DNA of 46,700 bases from Actinomycetota bacterium (lineage in GTDB: Bacteria; Actinomycetota; Actinomycetes; S36-B12). Numbering within the stretch: position 1 is the first letter of the stretch; the number at the start of each line of letters is the position of its first letter. The stretch lies in the NCBI GenBank assembly GCA_009700485.1, contig WLLZ01000002.1:1-46700 (forward strand), given 5' to 3'. The notes beneath the pieces were generated by a model. That model was not told the DNA's origin. It did not search any database and saw only the letters and a list, made by a program, of their open reading frames with translations. Made by a program: the position numbers and the translations under genes. Of this stretch, positions 27,132 to 35,590 are shown piece by piece.

Positions 27132-27851
27132 GTGACGTCAGTGCTCAAGGAACAGACCGTTGTGGTGATCGGTGGAAGTTCAGGATTCGGGCTGGCCACT
27201 GTGGAGATGCTCGATGCCTTGGGCGCACGGGTCATTGTTGGGAGTCGGAACGAGAACCGTTTGGCCGCTGCCAAAGCCGCGTTTCCCGCCCTCGTCACCC
27301 GGCAGGTGGACATCACCGATCGGGCGAGTACCGAACGTTTCTTCGCCGATGTCGAGATGCTTGATCACCTCGTCGTCACAGCTGCCGAGTTACCTTCAGG
27401 TCGACTGGCCGAAACGAACCTCGATAAGTTGCGACCTGCCATCGAGAGCCGTCTTTTCGGTTCGTTGCATGCCGTGCAGCGAGCCGTGCCTGTGATGCGA
27501 ACGGGTGGATCGGTTGTGCTCTTCAGCGGGCAAGCAGCACGCAAGGGGTTCCCTGGTGAGTCGATGGGGGCTGCATCGTGCGGCGCCATCGAGTCCCTTG
27601 TCAGGACACTCGCGGTTGAACTCGCGCCGATTCGGTTTAATGCCTTGTGTCCTGGGTCCGCGTGGACCCCAGTGTTTCGCGCCTTCTTCGGTGACCACGC
27701 CGAAGAGGCGGCGGAGAAGTTCGGCGCGAGCCTGCCATTGAAACGGTTGGCGCGCACGTCGGAGATCGCCCACGCAGTGGTGTTCTTGCTTGAGAACACT
27801 TACGTGACAGGTTCCACGTTGGTTGTTGATGGGGGCTTTGGCGTGACGTGA
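27132..27851 (+). CDS. SDR-family oxidoreductase
   Basis: VIGGSSGFGLA and NALCPG. GTG start. Confidence 0.85.
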   Translation: MTSVLKEQTVVVIGGSSGFGLATVEMLDALGARVIVGSRNENRLAAAKAAFPALVTRQVDITDRASTERFFADVEMLDHLVVTAAELPSGRLAETNLDKLRPAIESRLFGSLHAVQRAVPVMRTGGSVVLFSGQAARKGFPGESMGAASCGAIESLVRTLAVELAPIRFNALCPGSAWTPVFRAFFGDHAEEAAEKFGASLPLKRLARTSEIAHAVVFLLENTYVTGSTLVVDGGFGVT

Positions 27852-28057
27852 CCGCTCTTCCTTTGATCACGGTTCGCTGCGCGTAACCCACGTCTGACAA
27901 AGTCGCTAGCCACACTGTGCGGTGCTCCAACATCCGAGCCGACAATATTGGATCCTGCGCCATAGATAATGAGGCCTTCCCGCCATGAGTATAAGCAAGG
28001 GCTCATGGTGAAGATGGGCGCGGCCTTCCACGTACAAAGTGGCGGATTGGGGGCTTC

Positions 28058-29017
28058 ATGGCTACGCGCGATACATACCGCGGCCTCTATACGGGAATGC
28101 TTCGTGTGGCGACCTGGGAGCAGCGGCTGTTGCGGATGATCGAAGAGGGTCGGACGTCGGGGTTCTACCACGCTGGCCGCGGTCAAGAGGCGACTGCCGT
28201 CGGAGCCACTATGCCTCTGCGTCGCGATGACTACTTGCTCTACGACCATCGAGGCATGGGTCATGCCATCACCAAGGGTGTCCCCATTGATCGACTGTTC
28301 AGCGACTTTCTCGGTTTTCGCGAAGGAACAACGGGGGGATTGGGCGCCGGGATCGTCCACATCGCTTGGCCTGAAGCGGGCGTTCTTGGGCAGAGCGGGA
28401 CCCTCGGCGGATCGTTCCCGATCGCTGCAGGGGCAGGACTTTCCGCACTTTATCGGGGCACCGATCAGGTGGTCCTTTGCTTCTTCGGTGACGGCGCGTC
28501 GAATCGCGGTACGTTCCATGAGTCGGCGAATGTAGCTGCGCTCTGGAATCTTCCGGTCATTTGGCTATGCGAAAACAACGGATACGCCGTGTCTGTTCCC
28601 ACAGCGGAGGCGATAAGTGTGGCGCAGATCTCCCAGCGCGCGATTGCCTACGACATGCCAGGCACGACGGTGGATGGGATGGATCCGATCGCTGTTTATG
28701 ACGCGGTCTCAGCGGCGGTAGAACGGGCTCGGGCGGGGGGTGGACCTTCGCTGATCGAAGCCATGACCTACCGATATCGAGGTCACTACGAGGGAGATCC
28801 CCAGACCTACCGCACGCGCGAGGAACGAGACGAGTGGGAAGCGAAAGATCCGCTGGTGATGTTCCCCCGCCGCCTCATCGACGAGGGGTACGCCGATGAG
28901 CAATGGATCGAGGCGACCCGCATATCCGTATCCGAAGAGATTGAAGCTGCTGCGGCGACCGCTCTGCAAGGGAGCAAGCCACCGGTATCCCGGATCTTCG
29001 ACAATGTGTACGCGTGA
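28058..29017 (+). CDS. thiamine-diphosphate-dependent 2-oxoacid dehydrogenase E1 alpha subunit (AcoA/PdhA-like)
   Basis: TPP motif GDGASNRGTFHESANVAALWNLPVIWLCENNGYA, plus YRYRGH. Confidence 0.92.
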   Translation: MATRDTYRGLYTGMLRVATWEQRLLRMIEEGRTSGFYHAGRGQEATAVGATMPLRRDDYLLYDHRGMGHAITKGVPIDRLFSDFLGFREGTTGGLGAGIVHIAWPEAGVLGQSGTLGGSFPIAAGAGLSALYRGTDQVVLCFFGDGASNRGTFHESANVAALWNLPVIWLCENNGYAVSVPTAEAISVAQISQRAIAYDMPGTTVDGMDPIAVYDAVSAAVERARAGGGPSLIEAMTYRYRGHYEGDPQTYRTREERDEWEAKDPLVMFPRRLIDEGYADEQWIEATRISVSEEIEAAAATALQGSKPPVSRIFDNVYA

Positions 29018-29060
29018 ACCCCTTACTCCACCGGCCCGCCAGTACCCGAGGTGACGTCCG

Positions 29061-30041
29061 ATGACTGTGATGACGTATGCCCGAGCAATAAACCGTGCAC
29101 TAGCCGAAGAGTTGGAACGCGATGCCGATGTCTTCATCATGGGCCAAGATGTAGGGGCGTTCGGAGGTGCGTTCGGCGTGACCCGCGGACTCCAAGAGAG
29201 ATTCGGTCGCAGGCGGGTATTCGACACTCCGATCTCGGAGAACTTTCTCGTGGGCGGCGGAGTCGGAGCCGCGCTTACAGGCTTGAGGCCCGTTGTCGAG
29301 TTGCAGTACGCCGACTTCATCGCTGTCGCCATGGACGAGATCTACAATAAGGCCGCGAAGTGGCGGTACATGCACGGTGGACTTTTCAGCGTCCCCCTCG
29401 TAATTCGAGCACCAGGGGGACTCGCCGGTGGCGCGGGACCTGAGCACTCCCAGTCACCTGAGGGACTACTGCTGTCGGCGGCCGGCCTCCATGTCGTTAC
29501 TCCCTCGACCCCGGCTGATGCCCTCGGCCTTCTGAAGTCCGCCGTTCGGTCATCCAACCCCGTCGTCTACATCGAACACAAGGGGCTATATGGGCTCAAG
29601 GGCGAGGTACCCGACGGTGAGCACCTAATCCCTATCGGCGTTGCGGACGTAAAGCGCGAAGGCACCGACGTGACGATCGTCGCGTGGACGTCGATGGTGC
29701 ATCGTGCACTCGCAGCCGCCGAGACTCTCGCCGCGGAGGGTATTCAGGTCGAGGTAGTCGATCCTCGCGGAGTCCGACCATTGGACACTGACACGATCCT
29801 GGCGTCAGTACAGAAGACCGGACGACTCATCGTTAGTCACGAGGCTCCGGCGCCCGGAGGTGCGGCCAGCGAGGTCGCCGCTTATGTCGCGGAGCACGCA
29901 TTGGACTACCTTGCCGCGCCAATTCAGCGCGTCTGCGGAGCAGATATCCCTATTCCGCAGAGTTCCGATTTGGAGCAATACGCGATCCCATCCGTGGATG
30001 ATCTCATCCGAGCGTGCCGATCAGCACTCTCCTATCGCTGA
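29061..30041 (+). CDS. 2-oxoacid dehydrogenase E1 beta subunit
   Basis: MTYARAINRALAEELERDADVFIMGQDVG... and DTPISE. Confidence 0.92.
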   Translation: MTVMTYARAINRALAEELERDADVFIMGQDVGAFGGAFGVTRGLQERFGRRRVFDTPISENFLVGGGVGAALTGLRPVVELQYADFIAVAMDEIYNKAAKWRYMHGGLFSVPLVIRAPGGLAGGAGPEHSQSPEGLLLSAAGLHVVTPSTPADALGLLKSAVRSSNPVVYIEHKGLYGLKGEVPDGEHLIPIGVADVKREGTDVTIVAWTSMVHRALAAAETLAAEGIQVEVVDPRGVRPLDTDTILASVQKTGRLIVSHEAPAPGGAASEVAAYVAEHALDYLAAPIQRVCGADIPIPQSSDLEQYAIPSVDDLIRACRSALSYR

Positions 30042-30059
30042 CGGAAGGACCAACCCACC

Positions 30060-31385
30060 ATGCACGGACTGATCCTTCCCCGCCTCGGCCAGACCATGGC
30101 AGAAGGCCTCGTCACTGCCTGGTTGGTCGACGAGGGAAGTTCCTACGCGGCCGGGACCCCGCTATACGAGGTGGAAACCGAGAAGGTGACTACCTTGGTC
30201 GAAGCGACACTGCCAGGGACGCTGCTGAAGATCCTCGTGGGCGCCGACTCCATTGCCGTTGTTGGCACATTGCTAGCCGTCGCCGCAGATCCAGGTGAAA
30301 TCGCCATCCCTGAAACCACGGAAACGTTCATTCGTGAGGACAACGCGTCGCGGATGCGCTCCATCGAGCCCGAGTCGTGGCCGAGCGAGGACCACACGGC
30401 CCCCACGTCGTCAGCGCTCGAAACACCGACGTCTGTGCGAGCGATGCCTCGTACTCGCAAACTGGCCCACGACAGCGGAATCGAACTGGACGCGTTGTTG
30501 GGCACTGGCACCAATGGTCTCGTCCTTGAGTCGCAAGTCGCCAATCTTGTGACTGCCTCCGCCTCTGCGGGCGTGGAGTTCGGGGATCGCCCAGTAGCGA
30601 GTGGGGGTAGTGGCACCGCTGTGATGGCGCCGCCAGAAGCCCCTCGACCGACCCGTAGCCCCGGACCTCAGCGGGCACCCCTTGCGACCGGCGTGCAGCA
30701 GCGCGAACGCCGGCTATTGGGCCCGATCGCACGCCGGATGAGCCAAGTAGTCACCAGCAGTTGGAGTCAGGTTCCGCAGTTCACTCAGTTCATCACCGTG
30801 GACGCCACGGCATGGCAGTCGCGACGAGAAGCGCTGCGAAGCCAACTGGGCGTGGACATCGGTTACACAGACATGATTCTTGACGCTGTCCTCAAGGCCG
30901 CACAGGAAGTTCCGGAGGCCAACTCGTCGTTTGACGATGAGGCCCTCGTGCTGTGGCGGGACGTCAACATCTCGATCGCCGTCGATTCGCCAGCCGGACT
31001 GGTCGTGCCCGTTCTGCGTACTGCGCAGGACTTCACCCTCGAGGGGCGGGCGCGCCGGACGCGGGAACTCGTTGATAGAGCAAAGTCTGGAACGTTGACA
31101 CTCGACGATGTTACGGCGGGAACCATAACGGTTTCCAACCTCGGCATGTACGGGATTGAGGGTGGGGTTCCTCTTGTCACGGCGCCCCAAGCGACGATCG
31201 TCTTCCTTGGCGCGGTCCGCGAGGTGGTGGTCCCAGTCGACGGTGGGATCGGAATCAGGAAGGAGGTCTCGGTGGCTGTCAGCTTCGACCACCGAGCGAT
31301 AGACGGTGCCACAGGGGCTCGTTTCACTGCGGCTCTTGGCCGGCATCTCGAGATGATGAAAATGGCACCTGATCATGCAGGATGA
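30060..31385 (+). CDS. dihydrolipoamide acyltransferase E2 component
   Basis: Lipoyl domain YEVETEKVTT, E3/E1-binding domain AMPRTRKLAHDSGIELDALLGTGTNG, and catalytic SFDHRAIDG. Confidence 0.92.
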   Translation: MHGLILPRLGQTMAEGLVTAWLVDEGSSYAAGTPLYEVETEKVTTLVEATLPGTLLKILVGADSIAVVGTLLAVAADPGEIAIPETTETFIREDNASRMRSIEPESWPSEDHTAPTSSALETPTSVRAMPRTRKLAHDSGIELDALLGTGTNGLVLESQVANLVTASASAGVEFGDRPVASGGSGTAVMAPPEAPRPTRSPGPQRAPLATGVQQRERRLLGPIARRMSQVVTSSWSQVPQFTQFITVDATAWQSRREALRSQLGVDIGYTDMILDAVLKAAQEVPEANSSFDDEALVLWRDVNISIAVDSPAGLVVPVLRTAQDFTLEGRARRTRELVDRAKSGTLTLDDVTAGTITVSNLGMYGIEGGVPLVTAPQATIVFLGAVREVVVPVDGGIGIRKEVSVAVSFDHRAIDGATGARFTAALGRHLEMMKMAPDHAG

Positions 31386-31925
31386 CTCGATCGTTGGGCC
31401 GCGGCGTGACAGGGATACGTCTCTGGTCAGCTTGGGATGAACGACGCCAAGGTCGGCGATGAACCTCTCGCGGTTATCGTTGCTAAAGGTAACTAACACG
31501 AGAGTCTCTGGTCGAACTCCCGCGCGAAGGGGCGGTGACAAAAGAGTATCTCTTTGACCCGCTTGTGCTCCTTGACCTTCCACTTGAGCACCCTGATCCG
31601 GACCGCATCCGACGACGTCGTGCCGCAGCCAAGCCCGAATCCACACCACCTCGCAATCTGATTGATCCCGGCTCTACCCGCGATCCCGCACGCCCTTCGA
31701 TCGCCAAACGCGACAACGCCCTTGTGAAATCCATCAGTTCGGGCAAAGCCGCTCGGGGGCTGGTATCGAATCGTGCTTGGAAGCACCACCGGATTATTGT
31801 TAGCTCGGTTGGGTCGTTGCACATGGTCAGATTAGCCTGACCCTAACTAGACTCAGAAGTGCCTGAGGGGGTAGTTGGAATCCGAAAGATCTTGTTTCAC
31901 CAACGCAATTGGAGGATGTTGTTCC

Positions 31926-33089
31926 GTGGCCGATCTCTTTAGCGCATACACGCTTAAGGGGGTGACCCTGCGGAATCGCATCGGCATGTCACCGATGACG
32001 ATGTTCCAGTCAACCGACGGACTCATGGACGATTTTCACTTGATGTATCTCGGCGCTCGAGCCTCCGGGGGGTTCGGTCTCGTGTTCCCCGAACAGGTGG
32101 CCATCACACCAGAAGGACGCTCAAGCGTCGCCTGCGCCGGAATCTATGACGACTCTCAGATCCCAGGACTGGCCCGGGTCGCTTCCATGATCACGAAAAT
32201 GGGAGCGGTCCCAGCGCTGCAACTTGGCCACACAGGTCGCAAGGGTAGCGGCGTCCCTCCGTTCACCGATGATCGCTCGGGTCGGATTCAGTATCAGTTG
32301 GCACCAGATCATCCGGATGGATGGGAGTGCGTGAGTCCGTCAGCCGTCCCGTATGGCGGCAAGTACAACTATCCAGTTCACGAATTGAGCAAGGCAGAAA
32401 TTCAAGGTCTCTATCGCGCCTACGCGCGAGCCGCCGAACGGGCACTCGAGGCTGGCTTCCAATGGCTGGAGATGCATTTCGCCCATGGCTACCTCGGGGC
32501 CAGTTTCTTCTCACCCCTGTCGAATCATCGCACCGACGAGTACGGCGGGAGCGTCGAGAATCGATCTCGGTTCCTGATCGAGGCACTGGATGCAGTTCGG
32601 GAAGTCTGGCCCGAGCGCTTCCCCCTTACCGTGCGGTTGGGTTGCGACGACCATAACCCTGAGGGGATCCATTTCGACGATGCTTTGACCACGATTTGCG
32701 CCATGAAGCAGCATGGCCTTGACCTAGCCGACATCAGCCTTGGGTTGAACACGGACGACATCCAGAACCCGCCATTCAACGAAGTCGGCTTCATGGTCGA
32801 GCGCGCAGCGCGCATCAAACGCGAGATGCAGGTGCCCGTGGCTACGAGCTGGAACCTCGGCGCACCGCAATACGCAGACCAGCTCATTCGCGAAGGAAGT
32901 ATCGACGTTGTTCTATTGGGGCGCCCGGCTCTAGCCAATCCCCACTGGCCCGTATGGGCGGCGCGCGAACTCGGGTACGCGGACCCTTTTTCGCTGCTGC
33001 CACAAGACTGGGGGTGGTGTCTGAGTAATTACCGAGGACACGGGTCAAGCATCGGATGGCCTGAAGTCGTAGCGACAGCGCGGCCTTAG
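31926..33089 (+). CDS. NADH:flavin oxidoreductase (Old Yellow Enzyme family)
   Basis: LRNRIGMSPMTMF and HFAHGYL. The GTG at 31926 lies 10 nt after GGAGG. The longest ORF starts at 31875. Confidence 0.88.
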   Translation: MADLFSAYTLKGVTLRNRIGMSPMTMFQSTDGLMDDFHLMYLGARASGGFGLVFPEQVAITPEGRSSVACAGIYDDSQIPGLARVASMITKMGAVPALQLGHTGRKGSGVPPFTDDRSGRIQYQLAPDHPDGWECVSPSAVPYGGKYNYPVHELSKAEIQGLYRAYARAAERALEAGFQWLEMHFAHGYLGASFFSPLSNHRTDEYGGSVENRSRFLIEALDAVREVWPERFPLTVRLGCDDHNPEGIHFDDALTTICAMKQHGLDLADISLGLNTDDIQNPPFNEVGFMVERAARIKREMQVPVATSWNLGAPQYADQLIREGSIDVVLLGRPALANPHWPVWAARELGYADPFSLLPQDWGWCLSNYRGHGSSIGWPEVVATARP

Positions 33090-33174
33090 TTCATGTTGGT
33101 CTGGGCTGCTGCGGCGATCTCGCACGGTGGGCCCTCTTTAAATGAGGGTTCTGCTGGGAAGTGAGATTTGGAGC

Positions 33175-33440
33175 ATGACTGCAGCACGCAGACGGTTCAG
33201 CCAGGAGTTCAAGGACGAGTTGTGTCTTGAGGTGATCTCGACGTCGCAGACGATCAAGGAAGTCACGGTTGCCTATGACGTAGGACCTGCGGTGTTGCGG
33301 AACTGGTTGATCAAGTATCGCGATGCCCACGGAGGACCGAGACGGAGTTGACACTCACAGAACGTGTCCGTCTCAAGAAGTTGGAGCAGGTCGTTCAAGA
33401 CCTTCGGGCTGAAACAGCTTTCTTAACAAATGCAACTGCT
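33175..33440 (+). pseudogene. IS3-family transposase OrfA fragment (frameshifted, truncated)
   Basis: MTAARRRFSQEFKDELCLEVISTSQTIKEVTVAYDVGPAVLRNWLIKYRDAHGG. After a 1-nt shift near 33335-33345 it continues TETELTLTERVRLKKLEQVVQDLRAETAFL. No OrfB follows. Confidence 0.8.
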
Positions 33441-33908
33441 TAGGCAGCTGATCTTGTCAACTACTCGGCTTCTCAAGGTCGTGCTGAGTCCGTCGTAGAG
33501 GTTTCTGTGGTGGTTGTCGCCGTATCGTTTGGCTTCGTCTCGTTGGGCGGTGAGGGCGTCGCGGTATTCGATGGTGGTTGCTAAGAATGTGGATGTCTGA
33601 GAGGTCGTTTCGTATCTGCAGCCCAGGGCTGCAGGCCTGGTGCAGTATCCCTTTCCTAGGAGCAGCGTGTCGGCTTCGGCGCATAGTGCGCGCATGTTGG
33701 GGCATTCAGTGACAGCGGGTACCGGTGCGGGTGCGTAGAAGGCTTCGATTCGTGAGCTGACGGTGAAATATTCCTCGGCGACGGTGCGGTAAGCGATCTT
33801 CGCGTACGTCATCTGTGAGCGGTCATGCAATTCCTCAGCTTGAGGGCTGATTGCGTCACGTAATTCCCCAGGTGCTGCGTCACGCAATGCCCCATGGGGA
33901 GGGTGGCG
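33423..33908 (-). pseudogene. C-terminal fragment of a tyrosine recombinase/integrase
   Basis: HGALRDA..., LHDRSQMTYAKIAYRTVAEEYF, LLLGKGYCTRPAALGCRYETTSQTSTFLATTIEYRDALTAQRDEA. This matches the HxLRH...LGHxSxxMTxxYAxIxxRTVAxEY...GNGYCxRP...C..C.FF.T tail of transposon-type integrases. The N-terminal two thirds are absent. Confidence 0.7.
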
Positions 33909-33993
33909 TGTCTGGCGGGGTCCTTTGGTCCAGTTCATGTTCTCTTGTCGCACCAGCGATGAAGGGAACTCAGTGGCAAGGAGGATGTTCGAG

Positions 33994-34293
33994 GTGATTG
34001 ATGTGACAGAGATTTTGGTGCATTGGCATGCGGGCCGCTCGCAGGTGCAGATCGCGGATAGCTTGGGAGTGGACCGCAAGACGGTCCGCAAGTGCACGGC
34101 TGCGGCGCTCGGGGCCGGGCTCGCCCCTGGCGGCGCGGCGCTGGGGGAGGCGGAGTGGGTCGCGCTGGTCCGAGGTTGGTTCCCTGAGCTGGTCGATACT
34201 CGGCTGCGGCAGTCGAGCTGGCCGGCGATTGAGGTGTTCCACGACAAGATCAAGGACCTCCTCGAGGAGGTGACAATCTCCACGATCCACCAG
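33994..34293 (+). pseudogene. IS21-family transposase IstA, N-terminal 100 codons only
   Basis: VIDVTEILVHWHAGRSQVQIADSLGVDRKTVRKC...WFPELVDTRLRQSSWPAIE...TISTIHQ. The GTG at 33994 lies 9 nt after AAGGAGG. The reading frame is cut exactly at the IS6 left inverted repeat. Confidence 0.85.
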
Positions 34294-34307
34294 GGCACTG
34301 TTGCGTT
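34294..34307 (+). repeat. IS6 left terminal inverted repeat
   Basis: GGCACTGTTGCGTT, close to the family consensus GGCACTGTTGCAAA. Confidence 0.8.
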
Positions 34308-34340
34308 GACGGATCGCCCGGGGTGGGTGAGGGTGGCCGG

Positions 34341-35057
34341 ATGAAGCGCAACCGCCGACCGAGGCCGCCCGTGCAGGCTCCATCAGCGTTCGCGGGGTTC
34401 CGGTTCCCTCCTGATGTGATCCTGCTGGCGGTCCGCTGGTACCTGAGGTACTCCCTGTCCTACCGGGACCTTGAGGAGATCCTCGCCGAGCGCGGCATCG
34501 ACGTGGATCACGTCACCCTGTTCCGCTGGGTCCAGCGCTTCACGCCGCTATTGATCGACGCGGCCCGCCCGTGCCGGCACGCCGTCGGGAATCGGTGGTT
34601 CGTCGACGAGACCTACGTCAAGGTCTCCGGAGTGTGGCGGTACGTCTATCGGGCCGTGGACCAGCACGGCCAGGTCATCGACGTATTCGTCTCCCGCCGT
34701 AGGGATATCGCGTCAGCCAGGAGGTTCTTCACCACGGCGCTGGCCGCGCATCACGCGCCGGCGGAGGTCATCACCGACCGGGCACCGGCCCTGGCGAACG
34801 TGATCGACGAGCTGATCCCGGCAGCGTTCCACAACACCGGGCAGTACGAGAACAACCGGTGCGAAGCCGACCACGGCCGGCTCAAGGCCCGGCTGCGGCC
34901 CATGCGTGGACTGAAGACCGACCGGACCGCGAGCGTCGTGATCCGAGGTCACGCGTTCGTCCAGAACCTACGTCGCGGCCACTACGAACTCGGTGTCGAG
35001 ACCGCCCCGGTGTACCGGCTGGCGACCGCATTCGACGAACTCCAACTCGCGATCTGA
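34341..35057 (+). CDS. IS6-family transposase
   Basis: FRFPPDVILLAVRWYLRYSLSYRDLEEILAERGIDVDHVTLFRWVQRF, with DDE residues in the contexts FVDETYVKV, VITDRAPAL and NNRCEADHGRLK. Confidence 0.93.
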   Translation: MKRNRRPRPPVQAPSAFAGFRFPPDVILLAVRWYLRYSLSYRDLEEILAERGIDVDHVTLFRWVQRFTPLLIDAARPCRHAVGNRWFVDETYVKVSGVWRYVYRAVDQHGQVIDVFVSRRRDIASARRFFTTALAAHHAPAEVITDRAPALANVIDELIPAAFHNTGQYENNRCEADHGRLKARLRPMRGLKTDRTASVVIRGHAFVQNLRRGHYELGVETAPVYRLATAFDELQLAI

Positions 35058-35102
35058 AAGGTTCCGCCTCCGCCAGCGATCCCTCATACCCTGTGATCGC
35101 CC

Positions 35103-35116
35103 AAAGCAACGGTGCC
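35103..35116 (-). repeat. IS6 right terminal inverted repeat
   Basis: The reverse complement reads GGCACCGTTGCTTT. Confidence 0.8.
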
Positions 35117-35258
35117 CTTCGCACCGAGTGCCACGTTGAATGCGATTGCAAGGGGTCCTCGTCGACCCAATCTCAGGACGTCTCGATGAGTCTGCGTGAG
35201 TCCAGAAACGTCCACCAAAAACGGCTCAAAATGCGGATTGATTATCCGTAGGTTGAAG

Positions 35259-35294
35259 AAGAAAGGGCCAAAGAAAGGGCCAAAGAAAGGGCCA
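35259..35294. repeat. 3 x 12-bp perfect tandem repeat AAGAAAGGGCCA
   Basis: Read directly. Non-coding, 73 bp from the 3' end of tRNA-Lys. Confidence 0.95.
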
Positions 35295-35367
35295 AACTGC
35301 CATTTTGCCACTCCTCGCTTTCCTTCTTAATCACCGAAACACGTTGCGTTGCAACAGGTTTCGAGAG

Positions 35368-35439
35368 TGGGTCGCCGGGGGCTCGAACCCCGAACCTACG
35401 GATTAAAAGTCCGCAGCTCTACCATTGAGCTAGCGACCC
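35368..35439 (-). tRNA. tRNA-Lys (anticodon UUU)
   Basis: The reverse complement folds as GGGTCGC-TA-GCTC-AATGGTA-GAGC-T-GCGGA-CTTTTAA-TCCGT-AGGTT-CGGGG-TTCGAGC-CCCCG-GCGACCC-A. The 7-bp acceptor and 5-bp T stem are perfect. CCA is not encoded. Confidence 0.93.
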
Positions 35440-35590
35440 AGAGAACGAATGCAAGCATGAAAGCGGTGCATCACATCGCGACCCTCGGCTGCCGATCCTA
35501 GCCGGTGGGCAGTCGAGCGGTTTCCCAGCGTTGCCGCGCAGCTCCGGGCTGGTCCGGACGAGGGATAGCGGCACCCTCGATTTGAGCCCG

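Larger units (their letters stand above)
34294..35116 (+). mobile_element. IS6-family insertion sequence (IS6100-like), apparently intact, 823 bp
   Basis: A single full-length transposase ORF flanked by imperfect terminal inverted repeats, GGCACTGTTGCGTT (34294-34307) and the complement of AAAGCAACGGTGCC (35103-35116). 17 of the first 24 positions match. Confidence 0.85.

Noticed and set aside
27963-28008. TAGATAAT box and inverted repeat CCATGAG-N12-CTCATGG upstream of the E1 alpha gene as a promoter/operator
   Set aside because: No acceptable -35 element lies at 16-18 nt spacing and the stem is only 7 bp. The site is plausible but too weak to list as a feature.
27800-28519. 239-aa minus-strand ORF
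   Set aside because: It is antisense to the well-supported E1 alpha gene and to the end of the SDR gene. The sequence is low-complexity and Arg/Ser/Pro-rich with no motifs, a typical shadow ORF in GC-rich DNA.
30714-31385. The part of the 311-aa minus-strand ORF 30714-31649 that overlaps the E2 gene
   Set aside because: It is antisense to the E2 gene with its clear lipoyl and catalytic motifs, so it is a shadow ORF. The remainder at 31386-31649 is covered by the decayed-gene finding.
35084-35311. 75-aa minus-strand ORF containing GPFFGPFFGPFF
   Set aside because: The repeat-encoded peptide is an artefact of translating the 12-bp tandem repeat. The ORF runs into the IS6 inverted repeat and has no start-site signals or family similarity.
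35344-35360. GTTGCGTTGCAACAG near the tRNA as a solo IS6 terminal repeat
   Set aside because: Only TTGCAACAG (9 of 14 nt) matches the IS6 repeat core, and the terminal GTGCC is absent. It is partly a simple palindrome (GTTGCAAC). Evidence is insufficient.
35561-35581. CGAGGG-N9-CCCTCG hairpin just downstream of the propeller gene as a terminator
   Set aside because: The stem is only 6 bp with a 9-nt loop and no U-tract, so it cannot be told apart from chance in GC-rich sequence.
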